Assembly (NCBI GenBank): GCA_973851085.1
Contig: OZ316776.1
Span: 4,278,001 to 4,342,000 of the forward strand
DNA: 64,000 nt
Direction of reading: 5' to 3'
From: Ptychomitrium polyphyllum
Taxonomy: Eukaryota
Each line of letters opens with the position of its first letter. Positions within the stretch are counted from its first letter, which is position 1. Below, one piece after another: positions 42,101-57,100 of this stretch. Made by a program: the position numbers and the translations under genes. The notes beneath the pieces were generated by a model, which saw only the letters and a list, made by a program, of their open reading frames with translations, was not told the origin of the DNA and ran no database searches.

Positions 42101-43966
42101 TCTCCTCACAAATCTGTTGTTGATTTTGTTGTATGGTTGAGCATACATGTTTGGGTCTTTGAAGCTTGATCGTTCACAATCACCATGTTGTCTATGGCTG
42201 TATTCATTTCTTTTGAAGTTTGAATTCTTTTCATAGTTTCGCTCATAATATGATCCATTTCGTTTCTCATTTTCTGTGAACTTTTCATTTTTTTGTTGAC
42301 GAAGATCATTGCTTGATTGATGTACGTCTCCATTGTATGAAGTTTTATTCATATTTTGTGTATCAACGTTTGAATTGTTTTCATAATTGTTGCCAATATT
42401 TTTATGGCTACCTACTTTTGAAGCTTCATCTAGAGGAAGATCATCATTATCAGATAAAGTTTGCATCTTCTCTCTCTTGGTTGGAGCATTGTTTTCATCA
42501 TCTATGAAAGTATCTGTGTTATTGTGCGTAAGCCCATAGGAATTTTGCAATGAAATATTGTCTTCTTGCATAGGTTCTTCATTCATTTCAGAATTATAAC
42601 TCTCTCTATCTGAAGATTCATTGCTATGATTTCCAGCACTTCCACTGTTTTGTACAGAATCATGTTTATACAAAGAAGATTCAGGCTTTGAATCATTGTT
42701 GTTTTCTTGATTTGCCACATCAATGGTAGGCTTTAATGCTTCATCTTTGCAACAAGTTTGTTCAAACGATTTCTTTGAATGCGAATAGTTTTGCAGTTCG
42801 TTTGGCATACAACAGTTTTGACCTTCTTGTATGTCACCTGCAATACATCCTTTGAAATCAATTCAAAAAAGAATTATTTATGGATTTATATATCATACAA
42901 CAGAATGCTAATACTTCTTTAAACAATACATAACCACATTTAACAGATGCTATTTTAGTTTAAATAAAAACGATTTAAAAACAATTCCAGATGTTTTTAA
43001 TATTGAAATGAGCATACTAATGTTCACTATATGTTAAACTATGGAATACCTAAATCTTTTGAATTCCATTTTACATCGGAATTTGAATGCATGAATTCAA
43101 AAAATTGTTCACTTGAAGTTTTAAAATCTTCATGAGAATATATATCATCCACTTCATTTAAATCATTTGTGATTTTGGAACTCAAATCATGCACATTATG
43201 TTGTATAAGAGGTTCTTGAGGATCATCTATGTAAAATATTTTAAATTTGATTAACATACAATTATCTTTGTAATCAAATATGATTCAACAAACAACAATT
43301 TGAACGTATAGCATCACAATTCTTACTTTAATCAGCAAACATTCAATTCAAGAACAACATATAATGTAGACAAATGTGTTGTTTTATACATAATTGCACC
43401 AAATGTATATTTAAAATTCTTAATTTATATTTTTTGTATAAATTGTATAAAATATATTAGAAATATTTTATAACTGTGCATTTTAAAGTGAATCTATATT
43501 ATGGATAAACTATAGGGTTTATTGATGCAATACCTTCTTGTAGATTTTCTAATTGATCATAACAACTTCTTTTGTATGACTTTGTATGAGGACCTTCATG
43601 TAATTGTTGATATTCATTGTAAAAGCATCCATCCATATTGTCAAAATCATATTCAAAAACATCATTTAAATCTCTTGATTTATTTGATACATCATTTTTG
43701 AATAGATCATAGGCATCTTTATTTTGATGATCATAATCATCAAAGTATAGATTTTCTTTTGAATGTGTTCCCTTCTGATTTATTGCATAGTTGTTGTTCA
43801 TATTAGAATTGATTGCAAATTCAACATTTTTGTCAAAGTTCCTATTGTATTCATGATCTCCAACATCATGAATTGAACGGATTTTTTTTAATGCATTTTC
43901 TTTCAATTTATCAAGAGTTGCACTAACTTCTTTTAAATCCGTATAATTTGCCAATGTTGATGACAT
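36000..43966 (-). CDS. U2AF65 (U2AF large subunit)-like protein, ~1320 aa; exons 43966-43534, 43226-43050, 42837-41129, 40780-40643, 40462-40391, 40218-40177, 39522-39436, 39104-38997, 38785-38693, (gap)-38368, 37711-37645, 37237-36541, 36265-36000
   Basis: RS-like region, ULM-like RKTRAWDMVP, RRM1 (RRLYVGNVP...AYAFAEF..LKIRRPKDF), RRM2 (KIFVGGIS...AFLE|YLDP..ACVGLNGMHLGG), UHM (MEDVRFECKR|FGNIRS ... GHIYVEY..ESACQAAHALKGRTY). Splice phases are consistent at all visible junctions. The N-terminal exons are less certain. Confidence 0.82.
38441..38540. other. Assembly gap (100 N) hiding the 5' end of a U2AF65-like exon
   Basis: Run of N directly adjacent to coding sequence EEVCNMEDDDVKELMEDVRFECK. 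Confidence 0.99.
39147..39191. repeat. (TA)n microsatellite in an intron (a shorter one lies at ~40062-40083)
   Basis: About 22 TA units. Confidence 0.95.
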
Positions 43967-46487
43967 ACTTGCTATATTTTACAAATAAATATTAGGTTGA
44001 AGATGAGTAATTTTAATTTTATAATAAAACGTCCATGGAATAATTATGAAATTGAAAATTAGAATTAAAACTTATTTTGCTTGCTCTAAGAAACTTTTAC
44101 ACTTTTTAGCAAAACCTAATTTTATAGATTGAATTATTTTATTCAATGTAGAATATTTAGGTTTATATATATATAAATATATATTTAAAAAACATTCAAA
44201 TGTCTTCTCTTTTAACTTTAAAGGACATATATTAAAATTTCTAACATGATATAGAGGTTAAAATTTTAAAACTTTTAATTAAGTTATTTCTTCAAAACAA
44301 TCAAATAATTATAAAATATCATATTGTTGCAATATTTAATCATTTATGTTTTGTAACTATGATAAATATGTAATTTTTTGAAAAAATCTTTAAAGAATTT
44401 GATTCAAATATAATTGTTAAATAAAATTATATATGAATATTTACTAAATTATACTTTAACAATCAAAAACCTTCTGAATTAAAGATTCTATACTTTGGAC
44501 ACTATGTATAAATAAACCTTTTGTAATTTCAAAACAAAAAATAGCTTCTTTTTTAAAAATTAATATAATACTTCAATTCATGCATACAAAATATGTATAT
44601 AATAATTATTTGAAAGATTCATCTACTATTGAAGTATTCATCCATAATCATTAATTATAAATTTTAATTATATATATATATAATTAAAGAAAAATAAAAA
44701 TTTCCAATTAAATTAAAATTATTTTTTGAATAATGTATTTCATTAATACTTCTAAAATATTAAAAAGTTTAAGAAATACATCTCAATAGAAGTTCTTTAA
44801 TAAAGCTTTAAGATATCAACCATGCTTGCTTTAATATTTCTTTTATTAATTATGCTCTTATCTATTATTATTATATTGCAACAAACTTACAATTTCAACT
44901 ACCACAAATAAAATGGAGGTAGTTTGTTGATTAAAAATAATAATATTAAGTAATATATTTAAACAAAATTAACAAATTCAAATTTTAAAAGTTTAAAAAC
45001 AATCATATATAATAGAAGTTGTACAAAATGATTCTATTATAAATACATTAACAAATTTCTTGAAAATACATTTAATATTGAAAGTAAAACATTACAATGC
45101 ATTAAATGACCTAGAGTATGTAATAGTTAATATTACAAAAATAGAATTAATTTTTCTAATGGCCATTATGAATTTATTACATCCATGGACATCAACATTC
45201 ATCTATAGATCTCCTTACTTTGTTTTCCACTGTGGTCTTTAAGATCTTAGGATTTAGGATTTAATCTCATTAAAAAATAATGCCATATTTCTTAAAATGT
45301 GTATGTAGAGATTTTATACTTGGCCACCATGTAAAACTTTCTTTAGCAACCTCAAGGGCAAAAAGAAGTTGCTAATGGACTATCTATGAGTTGAACAATA
45401 CTTTCCAAAGCTACACAAAACTTGTCAAATGCAATGTTAATAGCATACTAAATATTCTATGATTATAAGAGTTTGTCCATTCTTCAATCACTCTAATTTG
45501 TGACTTTAGACATGAACAATATTTGGCATCAAATTTCCAAAGAAACCTCTTCCTTAACTCTTCCCTCTAAATTGATACTCAAAATCATGCAACAAAGCTC
45601 ACTTTCAAATCTCACTACTATTTGCACCCTTGCGTTTAATTGGTCACTCATGGCAAAGTACTTTTTGAGAGGTGAAGTTAGAACCTCCAAGAGAGAGCTC
45701 AAGTTGTGAAGGCTATTCCTCATTGATCATCATTAGCATGAACACATCAATACAAATATGCCTCCGTCCTCTCCCACACCCTCACCCTAGTCCTCATAGT
45801 GTCGCCTTCGCAGTGCCAATTACAACTTTATGTGCTCACTCAATAACACATGTCCACAACAGGGTATAGCATAATCGTCACTGTTTAACTCTGCATACAT
45901 TCTTGTGATGTGAGTATTTAAGCTTCATAATGTAATCAACTTGCAATATGAGCCTACACGCCATTACTTAAACCAAATCTGAAGCCCAATAGTACCGACT
46001 ATCGTTGAGTGGTGCATTTGGGATATTTCTCAAGGCGTTTGCAGAGTGCCTGTATCTCATAAACGAGTCCCGCGTTACAATGTTGAACCGTGTGAAATAA
46101 CACCAAATTTCCCCTGTGCATCACAGCTGCTGAGAAAACCAGTCGGAAGCACTCTTCTGCCAGATGTTCTACCAATGTTCTGTCATCAGAGCCTTCATCC
46201 AGACAAACCTCAATCATGTTGTGAGTTATCACCTTCATCAAATAAAAGAAATGACTGCTGCTAAATCCACACCTGGAAGACGTTATTCACGAAACTGGAA
46301 TGCTACCAACTGTCATACTAGGTATGATATAATTTTGGTGAAGAACTCAACTCAACTCTCTTGACTCATTGTGGCTGGAGAGCACTGATGCTTCGCTACA
46401 TCTCAACGCCAGAATACACTAACCTATCAAAAATGATCGCTACAAAAATCTCAGTTGCCAGCCTAAGCCCAGTGCACGTATTGGAAC

Positions 46488-49368
46488 TCATCCTGGTCGC
46501 TGGGTCATTTCTTCCCTGCATAACCACAATCGTAGTCAGGTTAAATACGAGAGACCTCTCTCTGTAGACCATTCCAAACTGGTCCCTCGCAAAATATAAA
46601 GCGGAATGACAAGCACAACAGCTAAAAGAGACAGATCCTGTATTGATGGGTCATAACCAGAACCAAAAAGAGAATCTCACTTCTGCTGCATTCCCTCGCC
46701 AACCTCCATCCTCAAGAAATTGCTGATGCTAACACGCCTTCCAGTTTGCTTGTGGTGGTCATCAAGAACAGCCTGAATGCCATAGTGATCACAATTAGGA
46801 CCGAAAGTGCATATTTATCCTACATATTATAGCCAGTAGACGCAAGACTCCAGCAGCTCCTGAATCCCGGTGACAAACAGCAAGATCCAAAAACTCAGAT
46901 TAAATTATTTTCTGCTTCAGCCAGCCGCGCTTTCAATAAAGTCACTCTTACTATTCAGCTAGTCACAGACCTGCTGAACTCACTGGTGTAGACGTGCTAT
47001 GAGCACCTGTGTAGTTGTACTAACATACAACTACACCGAACGCCAAAAACTGTGGATGAAGGATTCTTACGAAATCGAAACAATTGTGTATGCAAAACTT
47101 CTCCATGCCCGGAATTAATCGTGAACGTGAATGTCACCTTAAGTCTCAGGTGTTCATGGGACTGTCGTCCACATTATATGTAATCAGTACACTACGGGCT
47201 TAACATCAAAAGCCGAAATAGAAAAGACGGAGCAAACGCATTTAAATTTACCTGGACATTCACAGATTCATTTATCACAAACTTCTGATCAAGCAAAACA
47301 GTCTCTTCGAAATATTTACGAAGACGACCTTGCACCATCTTCTCTACCACATTGGGTGGTTTGCCTGATGAGAGTGCCTGCAAAACCTCCCATCAGCCTG
47401 GTCAGTCATCGGTTGACAAATTTGGTTGAGCAGAAGTACAACCGCAAGCTATTATATGTTTCTCAATTCAGCCAATGAGGAAGATAAACATGATATCGCT
47501 TCCCGCAGTGGGTGACCTGAAAGTAAATAGTGAAGGGAACTTGACTATCGTCTGCGATATCATGCTCTTGCATCACAAAAAGTCATGAATCTTCAAAGTG
47601 GCCTTTAGATTGCAGAGAAATAACTGATACCTGCGACCGAAAAATGTCTGTTTCGCTATGAATATAAGTTTCGGGTACGAGATCCTTGGACAAAAAGAGC
47701 GGCTTGGTTGCCACAACATGCATGGCCAAGGCTGATCCAAGTTGTGCCTCAGCCTCCTGATATTTCAAGACCCCATCCTCTGGTTCAAGGGTGACCAAGC
47801 CGACAACTCTTGCTAGCCCTGTTACAAGCGAAATCAGAAAGTTATGACGGTGAGGCAGTCGAGTTTAAATCACCGGTATATGTCATTTTATGCTAATTGA
47901 AGATGACAAGACTTTCTCCTTGAAACTCTGTAAAATATGTATCTCTCAGCTAGGATTACGTTTTGGTGCCAGAGCTTGCAGTAGCATCTCTCATATGATA
48001 AGCTAGTCAAACTATATCAGCCAGAAAGTGCCAACCAAAATGGTTTACCGCTTCATAAAGTCTTGACTTTCTATAGTTACATGAACTGTATATTGGTAAC
48101 AAAGAGATGGATCTTCTAGCAATCCAGGATGAAAAGAAAATCCAAAACCCTAAACTCTAACGACTGGTGACGATGGTCACCAAAATGCATAGGCTATGCA
48201 ACTATCATTTTCTGCTCGAAATGATGTCAACAAACCTGGATGTGCAGATGCGTGTAAGTAGGAGGAAACAATGCCCGTTGGGGACGATACAAGAAAACCC
48301 CTTCGAAGCCGTACATTCTCGCCCATGATAGCCGCTACCTGTGTGACAGCTTCTTGCACAGTAGCCTCGCCGCTGAATTTCTCATGCTCCATTGAGATCT
48401 TTATGGCCTGCCACAATTCAAAGCATGACAGAAACATTAACCCTAAACCCTAAGGTTGAAAGCACGCTTAACCTATCGCTTTAGATTTCAAGACCAAACA
48501 ATGTAATCAACCAGCATCAGTGACTAATAGAAAAGATACCTCCAGAACAGGTAGATCTATTGTGGCTGCACTTCCTGGCGCACAATTTTGAGCTTGTGTA
48601 CCAATTGCTGCTCTTGCAACTCGTGTAGCCTGGTGAGCACCAATTTACGCAGTAAGACTCGATGCATTATCAAACTGAAAATTGGAGAATGCGGTCAGAA
48701 GGGTTCTTCCGACGATATATAGAGAATTTTGGCACAGCACGAGAGGCTAGAACCAATTTGATGGACACGCCCCCGGTCCAATAACAAGGCTAACCTGAAC
48801 CAAAATTTTAATATTACTTTAGAAAAGAAGAATAGATTTCCACACCAGGTGCCGAAATATTTCATTTCGAGCAACAAAGTCGGTCTCAGAATTGATCTCC
48901 ACCACAGCAGTCACCCCCTCAGCATTCGCCACTGCAAGCAATCCATCGGTGGCCGCTCGACTCGTCTTCCGTCTCGCAGCTGTCAAACCCTTCTTCCTTA
49001 ACTCCAACATTGCCGCCTCTGAAAACCCTCAAACCCGATCACCATCAACGAAAGCTAATCACCTGGAAGTAGCTCCCTCTTGAAAACAATCACACAACAA
49101 CTAAACCTGAAACTAAGCGATCGCAACAATGAAAGCGCTGCATCCATGCCATCCCTGAGGATCGAGACGAACCAGCATCCCATCCGCACTGCAGCAGCGC
49201 GGCCTTGACATCCTTGATGGGCGCCCCCGTCCGCTCCCGCAACGCCTTGATCTGCACAGCGGAGTCCGAGCTATAGCCACGAGCAGAGGCAGCGCTGAGC
49301 GCCGAGAAGAGAGCAAGTGGAGACGACGACGACGACGACGCTACCCTGCGCACCAACGCGCACGCCAT
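46488..49368 (-). CDS. EFTS: Elongation factor Ts, mitochondrial (~354 aa); exons 49368-49173, 49018-48846, 48629-48540, 48407-48236, 47818-47631, 47377-47252, 46772-46681, 46515-46488
   Basis: [86 protein letters not shown]. Ser/Arg/Ala presequence. GT-AG exons sum to 1065 nt. The last short exon is least certain. Confidence 0.93.
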
Positions 49369-52059
49369 CTCCGCCGCCACTTGCACTTGCTTCACCTTCG
49401 CCCCACAAACGATCACAAAATAGCTTTACTCTTCTCTCTTCTCTCTCCTCTCCCTCTCTCTGTGCCTGCCTGCGGGATTTGTCCGTGTGCGTGAGGTTGT
49501 TGTGAGAGTGTAAGTGGTAAGTATCGACGCAGAGCATGAGCATGAGCATGTGCGCTCCTTGTGACTGTGTCCTCTTTCTCTGTGTGAGTTGTTCCAAATC
49601 TCCCGCAACGCCACCATGGCGGCTTCCACTCCCATCGCACTGCATTGCACTGCACTGCAACGCCGTCGTCGTCGTCTCTACCATGCCCCCAATCCCGTCT
49701 ATCTCTACCAGAATCGTACATTTCTCGCCCTCAAATCTACGCTCTCCATCCGTGTGTCAGTTTTGAGTTTAGTAACAGTTTTTTGGATTTGATGACGATG
49801 TTGGGTTCAGAGGCGGATTTGGGTCCAAAGACGGATTTGGGTAAAGTGACGGTTTTGGCTGTCCCTCAGGTCGCTGCACTGCAGCTTGCAATGCAGTGCA
49901 ATGCAGATTTTTTATTTTCGCCTTGATGCCACAGTGGTGACATTTTTAGGTAGAAAATTGGTAGCTGCTACTTATGTTTGAAAGTTTTAGTTTTCATTCA
50001 TTTCGTTTATTCATGGAGTGGTTTCTTCTCATATCAAATATGATGAAAGCTAGAGTAGCTACAATAACATAAAATATCACTTTTTTGAACATATTGAAGG
50101 TGTACCAAATTATATTCATTGGTACAAATTGGCTCTATTTAGTTTAAAACCGTATACCATAGTTGTGATGTTTCTTTTATTTTCTTCATTTTATTTTTCT
50201 TGTTTTCTTAAATCATTTATCAGTTGAAGCTCTAGCAATAAGGAGAGAAAGTTTGGCCTAATTTCTAATGTGAATTAAAGTCTACTTGGAAACATTGAAA
50301 TTACATTGATTCGGAATATGCCATTTTTGACATTAAGGATTTCATTGAACTCTTGTTCATAAACTTTAATTAATTCCACCTAACAAACAAACATCAAAAT
50401 AATTAAGAAAATTGAAGAATTTGTAAACACAATTGAGGTGTTCAAGTTTAATGAAAACATTGAGAAAATTGTTTATTATATTCAAATTTTATTGACACAA
50501 ACTTCTAAATTTTGAAACATAATTAAAATTATTAATCTATACATGCAACTTTCGGTATTGGTGATATTTTTAATTTTTTTATATAATATAATCCAACTTT
50601 CATTTGAAATGAAAAAATCAATCTACCAATAATTACCAAAAAAATTTAACTAAATGAAATTTTGTTTATAAATCATTAAAATGTAATTAATTTTGTTGAT
50701 TTGATTGTTAATTTGATTTTTAAAGTTTTAAAGTTTTAAAATAAGCAACCATAATTATTTTATTAATTTATTTTAATTTGATATAATATATTTTGACTAA
50801 AATGTTTTGAAATCTAACTAAATCTAATTAGACATATGTAGTGACTTAACTACCACTTTTATTGTACTTTGTAGTTTTTTTGAATTTTAATATAATTTAT
50901 TGTATTATATTATAAGGTAGATATCACTAAAAGAATAAAAATGGACAAGGATTCTTTAGATTCTAAAATCTAAGCTTAATTATTAATTTAATTACAAGTA
51001 TATACTATTAAAGTATGTGCCCTATTTTTTAAGGCTCTAAAGTAACTTAATTGTTTTCATAAAAATCTTCATAATTCCTATATATAACCATTATTAATTT
51101 TCATATTATTACCATATAATATATTTTTAGGAATATATGAAGTATTAAGAAATTTATTTTGAAATTGTTCTAAACTTAAGATTTTCACTTCAATATATTA
51201 AACAATGTTATACTACAAGGATTAATTTCTCAAAGGTTTTATGCACTGTAACAAATTTTAAGTGGTAAGGTTCATTATCAAGCTTGCCACTTCATTCATT
51301 CTTCTTCTTCCAAAATATGAAGGAATGGATATCATTCATGCATACCATTTATCCTCAAAACTTTCCATTATGCTTCAATCAACAACCCTCCTACACCACA
51401 ATGATTAAGGACATTAAATTGCTTGTAAGAATTAATTTGCTTCAACATGACTAACCAATAAGATCTCTGTAAGACCATAAATATCAAAGTCATTCAAAAA
51501 TGTAAATATAATGTTATATTAAGAAATAGTATGGATTCTCAAAAAAATTAATATGTGGCAATCTAATACCCCTGTTTAATGCAGGTGCAGGTTATCTTTC
51601 TATAGAGGTCTATCCCTGAATAACTTGAACTCAGCTCAACAAAAGATCAAAAGCATTCAGAAAAAAAGGAGGGAAGCATAGAAAGCACAACACGCTACGC
51701 TCGCGTGAAATCAAGACATGCAATCCCACCACTTCGGAAAGAGGGAAAAATATGAAAGAGAGTGGCTCGAAAACAGAATCATTAATATGAACAGGCCTGC
51801 TTAAGACGGTATGGTTGGACTGTATCCACATGATGAGTGACAATTACAACTGACTTACAGTACAGGCTCTCACATATCAATCCAACAATGCTCTTGGCAA
51901 AAAGCTCCACTGCAACCTAGAACCCCCAGATTATACCTTGGAATCAAATACTAAGCTTCGACACCCTCACCGATGCCGAAGATGCCTACAGTTTGTGAAA
52001 AAGACTAATGCCGGAAGAGCTAATCTCGTGGTAAGGACTGGTCACCTCAGAGTGATTGG

Positions 52060-53676
<1,617 letters not shown>

Positions 53677-54146
53677 CTAGTGGTAGACAATATTGGGTTT
53701 GCATTCGGGAGGACGAGTATAGTAAAGGACACAAGCACAGGTGCTGAAGGCGCAACTCAGGAGGAAATCACCCAAAACCGTCTCTATGCCTAAAACAAAC
53801 AAAAAGTCTGCCGAAGGCATTAATTCAGTTGACATTATCTACACTAGTCGCAGACTACATCGATTTTGCATAGAGAGAAAAACCGTCACCGGTCATATAT
53901 TCGGTAGTATGTATGTCTTCTACAGAGTTTATTGAATGAAGTGTACGTTTCTGCTATACTGTCGGTTTTGTATACTTGAGCTGTTGAAGGTGTGCATTTT
54001 TGTTAATGATTTTGTCTAGACCTCGGAGAACTGCATGTACGTAGCAGGCAGATAAGGTTGGGTTTGGGTAGAGGAAGGGTTTTAGGTGTGCGTTGGGGGA
54101 GCCCTAAAGGTCGGGGGAGCGTGCTCGAAGGCGACGTTCAGAGGGA

Positions 54147-54154
54147 GAATATCC
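54147..54154. promoter_or_regulatory. P1BS (PHR1-binding, GNATATNC) element upstream of SQD1
   Basis: GAATATCC exact match, with a one-mismatch copy GGATATTA at 54161-54168. Confidence 0.55.
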
Positions 54155-57100
54155 TGTTGAGGATATTATGATGCAGTCTGAGTGTACTCCAGAGTTTGAA
54201 GCGAAATTCAGTGAAGGGTGTGGAGAGTCGAGAGTGACGGGAATAGGCACCATCGTGCCGCGTGGCGGGGCACTTCCTGGGTCCCTTTTCCGCATGGAGT
54301 TGGATTTCAGTCCTCATTAGGTTTCCGTACTTGCAGATGAGTCTGGTCATTTGAGGGGCTTGATGTGCAGTCATCAATAACAGCCTCGTCCTATGGAGAC
54401 CCGGTGCTTGGAAGAGGGTCTGTATATTTGTTTGTGATAGTGTCTTAAAATTCTCAAATTGTAAGGTAATATGGGCGTTATTAGGGGATCATTGGAAAGC
54501 TTGTAAAAAAAGCGAAAATATATATTAGTGGTCTCAATAGTTTTCTAATAATGGTGTGATAAATATTGACTTTAAAATATGTTTTCTTCTCAAAATCACA
54601 AAACTTCATTTTTTTCTGTTAGTTTGTTCAGTGAAACAAACACATCCATGATTGTGCCACTTATATAATACACACCAATTTCATGTAAGACTAAACAAGT
54701 GTAAAATAACTATATAAAGAGGAGAATCTTCACTATTTGTTGTCCATCATGAATAACATGGAAGCTTAGTTTAAAAGGAATTTCACAAAATAGAATAGCC
54801 TATAAATCTAAAGCACTTCTTTCTACAATCTGGCATTCCTATAAGAATATAAAAAATAATCTGACCAATAAAATTTTGTGGTGTCGCATTTTATTAACTT
54901 TAAAAAAAAATTTGTGCCCTTCTTTTTTCATATGAAATTCCAATAAGTTAGAAATATTTAATGACATACAATTTAATTTCATATTGTCAAAAACCTTCAA
55001 TATAGCTAAGTTTATAATATCAATGACCTTAAAATTACCTTACCTATTCAAAATTAGCAGCATATTAAAATCTAAAGACATTTTTGCTTCAAGCTATATA
55101 TTAGCTTGTTAGTTTTAAAATAAAGAAAACATCTAGGATTTGGTGAAATCATACTTTTTACTTTAATTATACAATTTTCAAACTTAGATACTAAAGCCAT
55201 AAAGTTTTGTAATTGGCATGGCCAAGTTGATTGCTTTAGTGGCGTTTTTAATAATAAAAAGTCAAAATTTGAAACTATTGTGAAGCTAATTTGCTTACTT
55301 GTCAATGGCTAAAGCAAAATATCATTGTATCAAGTTGCAAGGTACAAATAATATTTAATATGCTCAAAATGGAAACTACTTGTTTGTATTTGGCTTCCAT
55401 AGTTCAAACAATGCATCAAAGAATATTCAAATTCAAGATTATAATGTAATTCTTTATCTTTAAATGAAGAAGTTCTTAGACAAATAAAAAAGTTATTTTT
55501 TTCCCTCTTTTTATATTAAGTTTGCTACATTTACATGCTATATTTAGGTTATATTAATTAATTAACATAATAATACCTTCACAAAAAAGATACATAGCAA
55601 ATAGGCGATATAGGAAATTTTGATGCATTGGAAGTGTTGCATTATTCCATATAGAATGCAATCATGTATGAAATTTTGTGATATGTGCATAATGACACTT
55701 CATCTCATCTGATGAGCTCCATGGCATGGACATGGATGCAGAGTCAAATGTTGTCAAATGTGTGCAAAACCAAAACAAAACAACTCCAGGACATTCCCAG
55801 TGGCTGAAGAATGTAACTGAGTACCCCATTAAAGCATATGAATTTCACTCACGTAAAAACTGCTCCGCAACGACCGGCGGTAGGAAGGTTATCGTTCAAA
55901 GTATCGGTCACTGCCGACCTTTTTGACCGAAACTTCCTCCCGCTTTCAAACATGTTCCCTCGTCCCGCGGTCGCTCCCAAAACCCCACTGAATCCTCCGG
56001 TTGCCTGTGACGAGATCCACACCCAAAACCCTCACCGCTCTTGAACCCGACTTTTTTACAGAAATTTTAGACCCGATAAGCTAAAATCTAGGTACTGGGT
56101 CAATGACGGCTTTACGTGAAGGCCTCCCTTTCACTCTCACCAACTTCGGACTTCCCACCGCTAACCCACAACTTTCCACTGGTCGGCGCTGAAGCCCCAC
56201 CACAAAGACATATACATCCAACCATCCAACGGTCGCACATATCACACCGCCACAGTAGCCTGGACGTCTAGTGGTCGCTTAAAGAAAGTCCACCGAACAC
56301 TTCAACTGTCCTCCGGTCGGATGTCAGAAATTCATCACCACACTTTACCGACCAGTGGTCTTTTCAAAATCTTCATTACGCGCTTCCCTACCGTCTCATG
56401 GTCGGTCGCTGAAACTCCACCACGAGCTTTTTAAGGTCTAGTGGTCGCAGAGAAACCGTCCAGTGGTAGTGCGATCACACTCCTCCACGGACGTTCAACC
56501 GTCCAACGGTCGGACGCAGAAATTTCGGCTACCCTGGGACGTGGCTGCGCGCGAGTGCACGCACTCTGTAGCGAAGCTGTTTCCAGCTCCTCTAGCTCCT
56601 CGCGATGGCGCCCAACGCAATTATCCTTAGCAGACCTCGTCCTGGGTCTCACACTCGTCCTGCTGCGCCCCTGAGTGCCGTTGCAGCTCCCGAAACGATG
56701 GCCTGTCGCGGTTTTGCGAGCTTCAGAAGCCTCTGTGAAGCACATGTACTCCTTTCGTCTGGTAAGTTTCGAGCTCACTTGTCGGCGTCTTCGTTTTAAG
56801 TCTGGAGATTATCTTGTAGTTGGGAGTTGAGTGTCTTAGTTTTGGGGTTTTGGTTAAGAATTCGTTTCGGGTCTAGCCGGTGGGTTATTGTGTGGTTTAC
56901 AGTTCTAGATTTCCTTTTTTCCAGCTCGCTCGGTAGTGATGGGAAGTGTTGGTAGGATTTGAAAGCGGGTTTAGATTACGTGATTAGAATGACAATTTGT
57001 TGCTAGATGATGAAAAGGATTTTGGAGCCTATCGTGACAACAAATTGTTTAGTTTCTTGGATGTTTTCCTTCTAGAAGTCAAGAGCGCTTCTGTTAGTGA

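Noticed and set aside
48408..48539. EF-Ts intron starting GTATCTTT as a second U12 intron
   Set aside because: No CCTTRAC branch site near the acceptor, so probably U2-type.
54104..54295. 63-aa ORF upstream of SQD1 as a uORF
   Set aside because: It overlaps the apparent promoter (P1BS), the TSS is unknown, and there is no supporting feature.
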